Positions 37,113-45,846 of a stretch of 64,000 bases of DNA are shown here, piece after piece. Position 1 is the first letter of the stretch, and every line of letters begins with the position of its first letter. A program made the position numbers and the translations under genes. Under the pieces are notes generated by a model, which ran no database searches, was not told the DNA's origin, and saw only the letters and a program-made list of their open reading frames with translations. Origin of the DNA: Gemmatimonadota bacterium (GTDB taxonomy: Bacteria; Gemmatimonadota; Gemmatimonadetes; Gemmatimonadales; Gemmatimonadaceae); NCBI GenBank assembly GCA_040389905.1, contig JAZJZK010000008.1:64001-128000 (forward strand). The letters are read 5' to 3'.

Positions 37113-37741
37113 GCCCCCTTCTGGATGACGTGATCGGCGTCGCGCACAACCGGATGATTCTCAGCCGGCGCGTCACCGTGTTGTCCAAATGGTTCGCGGA
37201 ACTGATGCCGCCACAGGCACGCGTCCTCGATGTCGGTTGCGGCGACGGTGCGCTCTCCGCGCGGCTCGGCGCGTTGCGTTCCGATCTCGCGATCGAGGGC
37301 GTGGACGTGCTTGCGCGCGAGAAATCGCAGATTCCGGTCACGCTGTTCGATGGTACTCGGCTGCCGTTCGACGACGAGTCGTTCGACGCCGTCATGTTCT
37401 CGGACGTGCTTCACCATACCGCGGACCCCACCGTACTGCAGCGAGAGGCGCGGCGCGTTGCTCGGCGACATGTGCTCATCAAGGACCACTTCGTGGCGGG
37501 CTTCGCGGCTAACGCGCGCTTGCGCGCGATGGATTGGGTCGGCAACGCGCGCTTCGGAGTCAGCCTGCCTTACAACTACTGGCGAGAAGCGGAATGGCTC
37601 GCCGTATGGAGCTCACTCGGCCTCAGGCTCGAGCGAATCGTTCGGGAGCTCGGCCTGTACGCCGAGCCCCTCAACCGCGTCACAGGCGCGGGGTTGCACT
37701 TCGTTGCGCGTCTCGAGAAAGCCGATATGCGTCCAGAATGA
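37109..37741 (+). CDS. Class I SAM-dependent methyltransferase
   Basis: VLDVGCGDG, LPFDDESFD, DVLHH, IKDH; GTGA overlap with the upstream gene. Confidence 0.9.
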   Translation: MSPLLDDVIGVAHNRMILSRRVTVLSKWFAELMPPQARVLDVGCGDGALSARLGALRSDLAIEGVDVLAREKSQIPVTLFDGTRLPFDDESFDAVMFSDVLHHTADPTVLQREARRVARRHVLIKDHFVAGFAANARLRAMDWVGNARFGVSLPYNYWREAEWLAVWSSLGLRLERIVRELGLYAEPLNRVTGAGLHFVARLEKADMRPE

Positions 37742-37816
37742 AGATCGAACGCGTTTGAAGCTGCGAGAAGCCCGGTTCATGAGAGATCTGTGTTCCTTCT
37801 GAGGTGGCAACGATCT

Positions 37817-37998
37817 TTACCGCGGAGGACGCAGAGGCCATTCGCACCTGAGTAACCTCCGTGGCGATGGACCGCAGAGGGTCGCAGAGGAACTTCAAAA
37901 AAAAGTACCAACTCCGTTCCGCAGCCCTTTGCGCCCCTCTGCGGTCCGGTGCATTGATACGTGCACGGTGGTCAGAACCTCTGCGTCCTCTGCGGTAA
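37817..37998. repeat. Nested REP-like inverted repeats (ACCGCRGAGGxCGCAGAG family)
   Basis: Outer arms 37817-37837 / 37978-37998 (20/21 complementary); inner arms 37869-37890 / 37926-37947 (20/22). Confidence 0.85.
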
Positions 37999-38047
37999 GC
38001 TTTGCTTTTGCTCTTGGGCCAGCCACAATCGAATTACACCAATCCAA

Positions 38048-39190
38048 CTAGCGCTTCGAGAAGCCCAACAGACTAAGGAAGAAACTCGACATGACGATTT
38101 CGGAGCCCAGCGCCATTGAAATGAGCGCGGGCATGAGAATGCGTGTCGTGTGCGCGGGGTCGAGCGCGCCGAAGTGCACGCTGCTCCATCCCGTCACGGC
38201 CACGCCGATTCCCGCCACGCCCGCCGCGATGAAGACCAGCCCGACAATCAGCCCCACTTCCAGTGTGACGTAGTTATAGAGCGTGTCCATGCGTTCGTCC
38301 GGCGGGAGGAGCGCCTGTGACGTTCCGAATATTTTCGCGAACACCGCGAATGCGATCGCCTGGAAGCCGACGAGCACCATCATGCCGAACGTCATGAGGG
38401 AGTGGATATCGAGTTCGATGCGACCTACCGTGCGCGGTCCGGGGATCAGCCATGCCATTCCCAGCACACCGGACAGCATGATCAGCGCGCCGGGATAGAG
38501 AAAAAGCCAGCGCGGACTGTACAGCAGAAGAAAGCGCAGATGTCGCCATCCGTCGCGCCACGTTCGTAAGTGTGGAGGCCGGCTGCGGCCGTCGGGGCTC
38601 AGCGTCGTCGGTACCTCATCGACGCGCATGCCCAGCAGTGTTGCGCGCACCACCATCTCGCTGGCGAACTCCATACCCGCCGCCTGCAGATTCATCCGGG
38701 CGTACGCGGACTTGGTGAACGCGCGGAGGCCGCAGTGAAAATCTCCGATCGGGCTGTGAAAGAACACGCGGCCAATCGTGGTGAGCACCGGATTGCCGAG
38801 GTAGCGGTGCAGGCGGGGCATGGCTCCCTGCTGTATACCTCCGAGGAACCGGTTGCCCATCACGAGATCCGCGCCGTCGCGCAACCGCTCGAGGAATCGG
38901 GGAAGATGCGAGAAGTCATAGCTGTCGTCCGCATCGCCCATCATCACGAACTCGCTATGTGCCGACGCGATCCCGGCCTTGAGCGCGTTGCCGTATCCGC
39001 GCGCCGACACATGGACGACGCGCGCCCCCAACGCGCTGGCGATCTCCCGCGAGCCATCGGTGCTTCCATTGTCCGCGACGACGATCTCGCCGCGGACACG
39101 TGCACCGCTGATCGCACGCTGGGCCTTCTCGATGCACACCGCCAGTGTCTCTGCTTCGTCGAGACACGGCATCACGATCGTCACATCCAA
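38048..39190 (-). CDS. Glycosyltransferase family 2, polyprenol-phosphate sugar synthase-like (DPM1/GtrB-like) with C-terminal TMs
   Basis: VMPCLDEA, VADNGSTDGS, RGYGNAL, MGDADDSY, GNRF, DFHCGLR, MEFASEM, HLRTWRDGWRHL. Start estimated at TTG 39190 (GGAG upstream). Confidence 0.9.
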   Translation of the reverse strand: MDVTIVMPCLDEAETLAVCIEKAQRAISGARVRGEIVVADNGSTDGSREIASALGARVVHVSARGYGNALKAGIASAHSEFVMMGDADDSYDFSHLPRFLERLRDGADLVMGNRFLGGIQQGAMPRLHRYLGNPVLTTIGRVFFHSPIGDFHCGLRAFTKSAYARMNLQAAGMEFASEMVVRATLLGMRVDEVPTTLSPDGRSRPPHLRTWRDGWRHLRFLLLYSPRWLFLYPGALIMLSGVLGMAWLIPGPRTVGRIELDIHSLMTFGMMVLVGFQAIAFAVFAKIFGTSQALLPPDERMDTLYNYVTLEVGLIVGLVFIAAGVAGIGVAVTGWSSVHFGALDPAHTTRILMPALISMALGSEIVMSSFFLSLLGFSKR

Positions 39191-39227
39191 TGGATGTGAC
39201 TCCGTGTGTTCCGTCAGCGTGAGCAGG

Positions 39228-40574
39228 TCAATTGGCGTAGCGAATCCAGCGGGCCAACTCAGAGTACGACGGGCGCTTTCCATACATCAGCAGTCCGACA
39301 CGATAAATGCGCGCCGACAGCCAGATCGCAGCGACACACGAGACCGCAACGCCGCCGAGCGAGATCGCAAGCTCGTACCATGGGACCCCGATCAGGGACA
39401 TCCTGAGTGGCATGAGGATCGGTGCGGACCAGGGCAGCAGCGACATTACGCGCGCCAAGCCGCTTCCCGGTGCCGTGAGAATGGGTGCCATGAAGATGAC
39501 CGACGAGACCAGCATGATCATCACTGGCATCGACGCCTGTTGCACGTCCTCCTGGCTGCTCACCATCGCACCAGCCGCGGCGAACAACGACGCATAGAAA
39601 ATGAATCCGAGCACGAAATACGCGAAGATCATGAGCGATGTGCCAAGCGTCGGGAGGGCGGCGGTAATGGCGTCCGTCGGCAAGCCGCGGGATGCGGCCG
39701 CGGCGGCGCCCACTTCTGCCGGCGGCATCATCTTCGCGATGAGCAATGGCCCGAGATACAGCAGCATTCCCAGTGTCAGCCCCACCCACGAAAGCACCTG
39801 CGTGATGGCCACCAGCCCAACGCCGAGCACCTTGCCCGCGAGTAACGTGTCGGTGGATACGCTGGACACGATCACCTCGGCGACGCGCGTCGTCTTCTCG
39901 TCCATGACGGCGCGAAGAATCTGCTGCCCATACAGCGCGATCATGATGTACAGCAGGAAGGCGACGATATAGCCGAACGCGAGATTGCCAAGTCCACCGC
40001 CCTTTTCGCGGCCGTTATTACCGATGCGCTCCTTTCGTGTTTCCAGCCGGTCTTTCGTCAGGGCGGCAATCTTCGCGGGGTCGAGCCCTTCGCCCTCGAG
40101 ACGCAGGGCCAGGACTTGCTGACGAACGCCGGACATGAGCGCCTCGACGTCACTGACGGACCCGGCGTTTCGGCCCGCGTATCGGACATACTTGTTGCCG
40201 ATCGTGTTGCTGTCGAGGACGATGAAGCCGTTAATCTCCTTCTGCGCCACTTGGGTCACCGCAGCGGAATCCGCGGCGTCGAGTTGCTCCGGCTTCAGCA
40301 CCTGCACGCGAGGCGCCGGCGCGGACGGGTACCGCTCTCCAATCGCCTTCCCGACGCGCGCGCCGAGTGCGGTACCGGTGGCATCGAGAATAGCGATTTT
40401 CGTGAGCTCGGCCCCTGGGCGTTGGCGGATCGAGATCCATGACGGCAGGATCAGAATAACCGCAAAGAAGACAGGACCCAGCAGCGTCCCGATGAGAAAC
40501 CACTTGGAGCGTACGCGCTCGAGATACTCGCGCCGAAAGACGACGCCGAGTTTGCGCATATTAACCTTGGCCAC
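39228..40574 (-). CDS. ABC-2 type exporter permease (NatB/YhaP-like)
   Basis: REYLERVRSK, DEKTTRVAEVI, GKVLG, YASLFAAAGA, RIYRVGLLMYGKRP. Confidence 0.9.
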   Translation of the reverse strand: MAKVNMRKLGVVFRREYLERVRSKWFLIGTLLGPVFFAVILILPSWISIRQRPGAELTKIAILDATGTALGARVGKAIGERYPSAPAPRVQVLKPEQLDAADSAAVTQVAQKEINGFIVLDSNTIGNKYVRYAGRNAGSVSDVEALMSGVRQQVLALRLEGEGLDPAKIAALTKDRLETRKERIGNNGREKGGGLGNLAFGYIVAFLLYIMIALYGQQILRAVMDEKTTRVAEVIVSSVSTDTLLAGKVLGVGLVAITQVLSWVGLTLGMLLYLGPLLIAKMMPPAEVGAAAAASRGLPTDAITAALPTLGTSLMIFAYFVLGFIFYASLFAAAGAMVSSQEDVQQASMPVMIMLVSSVIFMAPILTAPGSGLARVMSLLPWSAPILMPLRMSLIGVPWYELAISLGGVAVSCVAAIWLSARIYRVGLLMYGKRPSYSELARWIRYAN

Positions 40575-41526
40575 TCATGCCCTCCTCGACGCCTTTGGCG
40601 CCGACTTTTTCAAGGAAGATCTGGTGCAGCGAGGGCTGCACCAGTTCGAAGCGTTGAATCAGCGCACCTGTCTCGACGACGCGACGCAACAACATCTGCG
40701 GATCGGCGCCGGGGGCGAGCTCGATTTCGTAGTAGCGGTTCTGGTCATCGACGCGCGACGCGAGCGAGCGGTCGGCGAGCACATGGGCAATGCTGTCGCG
40801 GGATTCCCCAGCGACGCTGAGCGCCACCACGCGCGTCCCGTGCGCGGCCTTCACGTCGGCGACCTGGCCATCGAGCACCTTGTCGCCGTGCGCGATGATG
40901 CAGACGGAGTCACAGAGTCGCTCGGCGTTGTCCATGAGGTGCGTGCTGAAGATCACCGTCTTGCCGCGCGACTTGAGCTCGACGACCGTGTCCTTCAGCG
41001 CCTGCGCGTTGATGGGATCGAGCCCGGAGAAGGGCTCATCGAGAATGATCAGATCGGGGTCGTGAAGCAGGGTGCCGATGAACTGGACTTTCTGCTGCAT
41101 GCCGCGGGAGAGCTCGTCGATCTTGGAAAGGCCCCAATCCTTCTCGGGGGTCTTGAGCTCGAAGCGCTCCATCCATTCGGCGATGCGGCTTTCGGCGACC
41201 CGTCCGGACATGCCTTTCAATTCGGCGAGGAACTTGAGGACCCGGTTGACCTGCATCTTCTTGTAGAGTCCACGCTCCTCCGGCAGGTAGCCAATCCGGT
41301 CCGTGGCTCCCTCGGTCAGGTGTGGCTGGCCGAGCAGCGTGATGGAACCACTATCAGGGACGATGATGTTGAGGATCATCCGGATGGTGGTCGTCTTGCC
41401 GGCACCGTTCGGCCCGAGGAGCCCGTAGACGGCGCCGCGAGGTACGGCGAGCGAGAGGTCACGCACGGCAACGTGTTCCGCGTACCGCTTGGACACGTTC
41501 CGGATATCGATGGCGAGTTGAGACAT
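40561..41526 (-). CDS. ABC exporter ATP-binding subunit
   Basis: GPNGAGKTT, GYLPEERGLY, LSRGMQQK, ILDEPFSGLD, FSTH. Confidence 0.95.
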   Translation of the reverse strand: MSQLAIDIRNVSKRYAEHVAVRDLSLAVPRGAVYGLLGPNGAGKTTTIRMILNIIVPDSGSITLLGQPHLTEGATDRIGYLPEERGLYKKMQVNRVLKFLAELKGMSGRVAESRIAEWMERFELKTPEKDWGLSKIDELSRGMQQKVQFIGTLLHDPDLIILDEPFSGLDPINAQALKDTVVELKSRGKTVIFSTHLMDNAERLCDSVCIIAHGDKVLDGQVADVKAAHGTRVVALSVAGESRDSIAHVLADRSLASRVDDQNRYYEIELAPGADPQMLLRRVVETGALIQRFELVQPSLHQIFLEKVGAKGVEEGMSGQG

Positions 41527-41707
41527 GGGCAGGGGTGAGGACTAGCCAATATACGAATTGGCGCGGACTTCGTTTCGCCGTCAGAGGTCGGACGGGAGGA
41601 CCGCCGGCTGGCGAAGACGGCAGCAATCGCTCGCGCGTATCATTTCTTGGTATATTGGCGCGCACGCCCGAGGGCATTTCCTCGTGCGCCTCGCCCGCGC
41701 CGCTGTG

Positions 41708-42946
41708 ATGACAATTCGAAAGTCTGTTCTCGTCATCTTGCCAGGTACGCCCTGGCCAATCCGGGCGAACGGCTTGTCCGTGCGCTACTACTCGCTGCTC
41801 GTCAGCCTCGCGGCTCGCTGCGATGTCGACGTGGTGATCACGTCCGAATTGACCGTCGGCAATGCGGTGGCCGACGAGTCGGAGGTGCCGCCGGTTCGCC
41901 GCGTGGTCACCGTCGCGCAAGTGACGGCGCCTTCGGCGCTCGACCGCGTCGTGCTCGGACTGCGCGTTGCGAACCCTTTCGGGGCCTCCTTTCGACACGA
42001 GCGACATGATACCGCTCACGTGGCCAGGGCGCTCAAGACGATGCTTCTGTCCACCAGGTACGATGCCGTTCACATCGTCGGCTGGTTGAACCGAGAGGCG
42101 TTCGATCGGGTGCGGTCCCTGGCCAAGGGCAGCCGAATCACCCACGACATGGTCGATTCGCCGTACCTCCACTACGTGCGTTCCACGGCCCCGAACACGA
42201 GCCGGATGAGCAATGTGGGCTGGTTTCGCGCGCTCGACCTGTGGCGAACGGCGCGCTGGGAGCGCAGCATGCGTCGAAACGTGGATGCGTGCGTGTATGT
42301 CTCGTTGTTCGACGCGAACGCGGCGGGAGCCAATTCGACATCGATCGTCGTTCCCAACGGCGTGATTGTCGAGCGGCCATCGGAGGCGTCGAGGGCCCCC
42401 GAGCGACGGGCCAAGTGTCTCGGATTCCTAGGGAACATGGCCTATCCCCCCAACGTGCTCGGCGCGCTGCAACTGTACCACGAAGTCTTCCTGCCGCTCA
42501 AGAAAGAGTTTCCCGAGCTCCGCCTCAAGATCATCGGTCGCGACCCCGACGCTGCCATTCAGGCACTCGCGAGCACGGATGTGGATGTCACCGGCACAGT
42601 GGACGACGTTTGGCCGCACGTTGCGGATGTCGATCTGTTCGTGTTTCCGATGACGACGGGTGCAGGATTGCAGAACAAGGTTCTGGAGGTCATGTACGCA
42701 GCAAAGCCTGTCGTGACGACACCAATTTGTCAGCAGGGCGTGGGCGCGACCGTGGGTGAGCATCTTCTCGTTGGAGCGACCCCGGAAGCGGTGCGTGATT
42801 TGACGCGCCGGGCGCTCGAGGATTGGGACGATGTGTGCGCCATGGGCCTGCGCGGCAGTGCGTTCGTGCGTCGAACGTTCGCGGCTGATGAGATGGTGCA
42901 GCGACTCTCCGACATCATTTTGCCACGCGCGGATGGCTCGCCGTGA
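41708..42946 (+). CDS. Glycosyltransferase family 4
   Basis: Start at ATG 41708; VVPNGV, FLGNMAYPPN, PMTTGAGLQNKVLEVM. Confidence 0.88.
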   Translation: MTIRKSVLVILPGTPWPIRANGLSVRYYSLLVSLAARCDVDVVITSELTVGNAVADESEVPPVRRVVTVAQVTAPSALDRVVLGLRVANPFGASFRHERHDTAHVARALKTMLLSTRYDAVHIVGWLNREAFDRVRSLAKGSRITHDMVDSPYLHYVRSTAPNTSRMSNVGWFRALDLWRTARWERSMRRNVDACVYVSLFDANAAGANSTSIVVPNGVIVERPSEASRAPERRAKCLGFLGNMAYPPNVLGALQLYHEVFLPLKKEFPELRLKIIGRDPDAAIQALASTDVDVTGTVDDVWPHVADVDLFVFPMTTGAGLQNKVLEVMYAAKPVVTTPICQQGVGATVGEHLLVGATPEAVRDLTRRALEDWDDVCAMGLRGSAFVRRTFAADEMVQRLSDIILPRADGSP

Positions 42947-43908
42947 AACTCCGCGCGACACGTCGCATGACGGCATCGTTCAACACGAGTTTCCCGCTTC
43001 TCCTGCTGCTGGTCGGAACAAGGTGCTCAACGTCGGAGCGGACGCCGACGTCCGAGGCGGACACGCTCGTGATCTACAACGCCGCGAGTCTCAGTGGACC
43101 GATGCGTGCACTTCTCGACACCTTCGCGCGGCGCTCCGGCACCACGGTCCAGGAGGAGCACGGCGCCTCGCTCGAACTCGCACGTCGCATCACGGAGCTT
43201 CAGCGGAGACCGGATGTCATCGCGCTCGCGGATCACGAGGTCTTTCCCGAGCTGTTGATACCAGCATCGACGTCATGGTATGCGACGTTCGCTCGCAACC
43301 GAATGGTGGTCGCGTACACGGCGCGCTCGCGGGGCGCCGCGGAAATGCGTGCGGCGAACTGGGTAACGGTCGTCCAGCGGAGGGACGTCACCCTTGGCCG
43401 AACCGATCCGATGCTCGCACCGGCCGGCTATCGCGCGCTCCTCACGTACAAGCTTGCGGAAACGTTCTACCGTCAACCCGGTCTTGCGGCTGCCCTCACG
43501 AACAAAACGCCGCCCGCGCTCCTGCGCGGCAACGCAGCCGAGCTCGCGGCGCTGTTGGCCGCGGGTGAACTGGACTACATCATCGAATACGAGTCGTTGG
43601 CCCGCGCGCACAACTTCCAGTTTGTCCAGTTGCCTCCGGCAATCGATCTCGGCGATGCGGAGTACGCGACGACATACGCATCGGCATCCGTTCGATTCTG
43701 GAATGGAAAGGACAGCGTGACCAGGCGCGGAACGCCGATTCTCTATGGCGTGAGTGTGCCGCGAAACGCGCCGCATGCCGCGGCAGGAATCCGTTTCGTG
43801 CAGTTCCTCTTGAGTGACGAAGGCCGGGAGATGCTGCGTCGTGGATACGTGGATGTACTCGAGCATCCAGTCGTGCTTGGAGATTCCGCACCGGGCATTG
43901 CGCGATGA
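42943..43908 (+). CDS. Molybdate/tungstate ABC transporter substrate-binding protein (WtpA-like)
   Basis: NAASL, PDVIALAD, FARNRMVVAYT, PAGYR, DYIIEYESLA, LPPAIDLGD, PILYGVSVP. Confidence 0.85.
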   Translation: MKLRATRRMTASFNTSFPLLLLLVGTRCSTSERTPTSEADTLVIYNAASLSGPMRALLDTFARRSGTTVQEEHGASLELARRITELQRRPDVIALADHEVFPELLIPASTSWYATFARNRMVVAYTARSRGAAEMRAANWVTVVQRRDVTLGRTDPMLAPAGYRALLTYKLAETFYRQPGLAAALTNKTPPALLRGNAAELAALLAAGELDYIIEYESLARAHNFQFVQLPPAIDLGDAEYATTYASASVRFWNGKDSVTRRGTPILYGVSVPRNAPHAAAGIRFVQFLLSDEGREMLRRGYVDVLEHPVVLGDSAPGIAR

Positions 43909-44708
43909 GTGCGCGCCGAGCGCATCGCATCGCCGTCGTGAGCGTCGCAGTCGGCGCCGGCGTCATGTTGGCGCTCCTGGCGGTACCCGTCGGAGTGCTC
44001 GTGATGCGCGGTGGACTGAGTGGCCTCCGGCAACTCGGCGGAGATGCGGAACTGCGACGCGCGCTGCTGCTGACGGCCACGACGGCCACCGGTGCCACTC
44101 TGGTGACCGTGCTCCTCGGCACACCGTTGGCCTATCTGCTCGCGCGCGATCGCGTTCCTGGTGGCTCGGTGGCAACCGCACTCGTCGAGCTCCCACTGCT
44201 GATTCCGCATCCAGTCGCCGGTATCGCGTTGCTGTTGGCGTTTGGGCGTGCGAGCCCGGCGGGCGCAGCGCTCCAGCGACTCGGGTTGTCGATCGTTGGA
44301 TCGCCGGCAGGCATTGCGCTCGCGATGCTGTTCGTGGCGGCACCGCTCTACATCAGCGCCGCGCGAGAATCCATTGCCCGTGTCGACCGGCGCTACGAGG
44401 ATGTCGCGCGTACACTAGGGGACTCGCCGTTCATGGCCGCGCGGCGCGTCACGCTGCCGTTGGCCGGCCGCGGGCTCGTGACGGCGGCCGTCGTGATGTG
44501 GGCACGCGCCGTCAGTGAGTTCGGTGCGATCGTGATCCTGACGTACAACCCGAAAGTCGCGAGCGTGCTGAGCTACGATCGCTTCACGGCGTTCGGGCTG
44601 GATTCCGCACTCCCGGTCGCGGCGATCCTCGTCCTGCTTGCCCTCGTGCCGCTCGTCGTGCTTCGCTCGTTGCGCTCCGGAATCAGTCGGTTGGATCAGC
44701 CCTCGTGA
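43905..44708 (+). CDS. Molybdate/tungstate ABC transporter permease (WtpB-like)
   Basis: GTPLAYLLAR, LPLLIPHPVAGIAL, EDVARTLG, WARAVSEFGA, YNPK. Confidence 0.88.
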   Translation: MSARRAHRIAVVSVAVGAGVMLALLAVPVGVLVMRGGLSGLRQLGGDAELRRALLLTATTATGATLVTVLLGTPLAYLLARDRVPGGSVATALVELPLLIPHPVAGIALLLAFGRASPAGAALQRLGLSIVGSPAGIALAMLFVAAPLYISAARESIARVDRRYEDVARTLGDSPFMAARRVTLPLAGRGLVTAAVVMWARAVSEFGAIVILTYNPKVASVLSYDRFTAFGLDSALPVAAILVLLALVPLVVLRSLRSGISRLDQPS

Positions 44709-45754
44709 TCGAGCTCTCCGGTCTGGCGTCGCGCGCTGGTGCCTTCGAGTTGCGCGACATCAGCGCGACGATCCCGGCGGGTGCGTGGGGCATCGTCCTC
44801 GGTGCCGCGGGTGCGGGAAAGACGACCTTGCTCGAGACCATTGCGGGCGTGCGGCCGATCACGGCGGGGAGTGTGCGGCTTCGTGGGCTCGACGTAACGC
44901 GCCTCGAAATCGAGCACCGGCGCGTGGGCTTCGTCTATCAGCACAGCTACCTGTTTCCTCACCTGACCGTCGCGGAGAATATCGGCTACGGCGCGCACGA
45001 CGATGGCGCCGTTCAGTCGCTCATCGAGCGATTCGGCGCGGGCACACTCACATCGCGGTCGGTGTCGTCGCTCAGCGGCGGCGAGCGGCAACTCATCGCG
45101 CTGCTTCGGGCGCTTGCCCCGAGCCCCGACATCCTGTTGCTCGACGAGCCCTTCGCCGCGCTCGATCCGCGTGGCCGCGTCCGAATCCGCAGCGAGCTCC
45201 GCCGATGGCAGCGCGAGCGCACCGCGACGGTGCTGCATGTCACCCACGACCTCATCGAAGCCGCGACGTTGGGCGACGTCGCGATGATGCTCAGCGCAGG
45301 CCGGTTGTCGCAATCGGGCACGCCGGAGGCGCTGTTTCGTCGCCCTGCGACTCGCGAGATGGCGGAGTTCGCCGGCGCGGAAAACGTTTTCTCCGGCCAT
45401 GTGACACGTGCTGAGTCCACCACGGGATCCGAGGTATCGACACTGATCTTCAGGGGCGAGGGTATCGAACTCCTCGGCGTCGGTGACCATCCGGGCGGGG
45501 CGGCGCACGCGGTCGTGCGGGCGGAGGACATCGCGCTTGCGGGCACCCCATCGTCATCCGGCTCCGCGCGAAACGTGCTGGACGGCCGGGTGATCGAGGT
45601 GGCGCGCGACGGCGTGCTCGCACGCGTCACAGTGGCCGTCGGCGTCACGATGCTCACCGCCGTGGTGACACGGGACGCAGCGACGGAACTCGGGATCGTG
45701 GCGGATCAACGCGTGCTGGCGGTGATCAAGGCCACGGCCGTACATCTCTGTTGA
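44705..45754 (+). CDS. Molybdate/tungstate ABC transporter ATPase with C-terminal TOBE domain (WtpC-like)
   Basis: GAAGAGKTT, LFPHLTV, LSGGERQ, LLDEPF, HVTHD, SARNVLDG...IKATAVH. Confidence 0.9.
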   Translation: MIELSGLASRAGAFELRDISATIPAGAWGIVLGAAGAGKTTLLETIAGVRPITAGSVRLRGLDVTRLEIEHRRVGFVYQHSYLFPHLTVAENIGYGAHDDGAVQSLIERFGAGTLTSRSVSSLSGGERQLIALLRALAPSPDILLLDEPFAALDPRGRVRIRSELRRWQRERTATVLHVTHDLIEAATLGDVAMMLSAGRLSQSGTPEALFRRPATREMAEFAGAENVFSGHVTRAESTTGSEVSTLIFRGEGIELLGVGDHPGGAAHAVVRAEDIALAGTPSSSGSARNVLDGRVIEVARDGVLARVTVAVGVTMLTAVVTRDAATELGIVADQRVLAVIKATAVHLC

Positions 45755-45846
45755 TCTCGACTTACGCGGACGCGAGCGAGCGATAATTTCGCACTCGCGA
45801 ATAGGGAGGTCCTATTGACGTCTCACCGTCGGGAGAAAAAGCGTAC

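Noticed and set aside
37817..37998. CRISPR array
   Set aside because: The repeats are inverted, not direct with unique spacers; no cas genes.
42900..42970. Moco/tungsten riboswitch or ModE box before the Wtp-like operon
   Set aside because: No intergenic space (the gene overlaps the upstream stop) and no recognisable motif.
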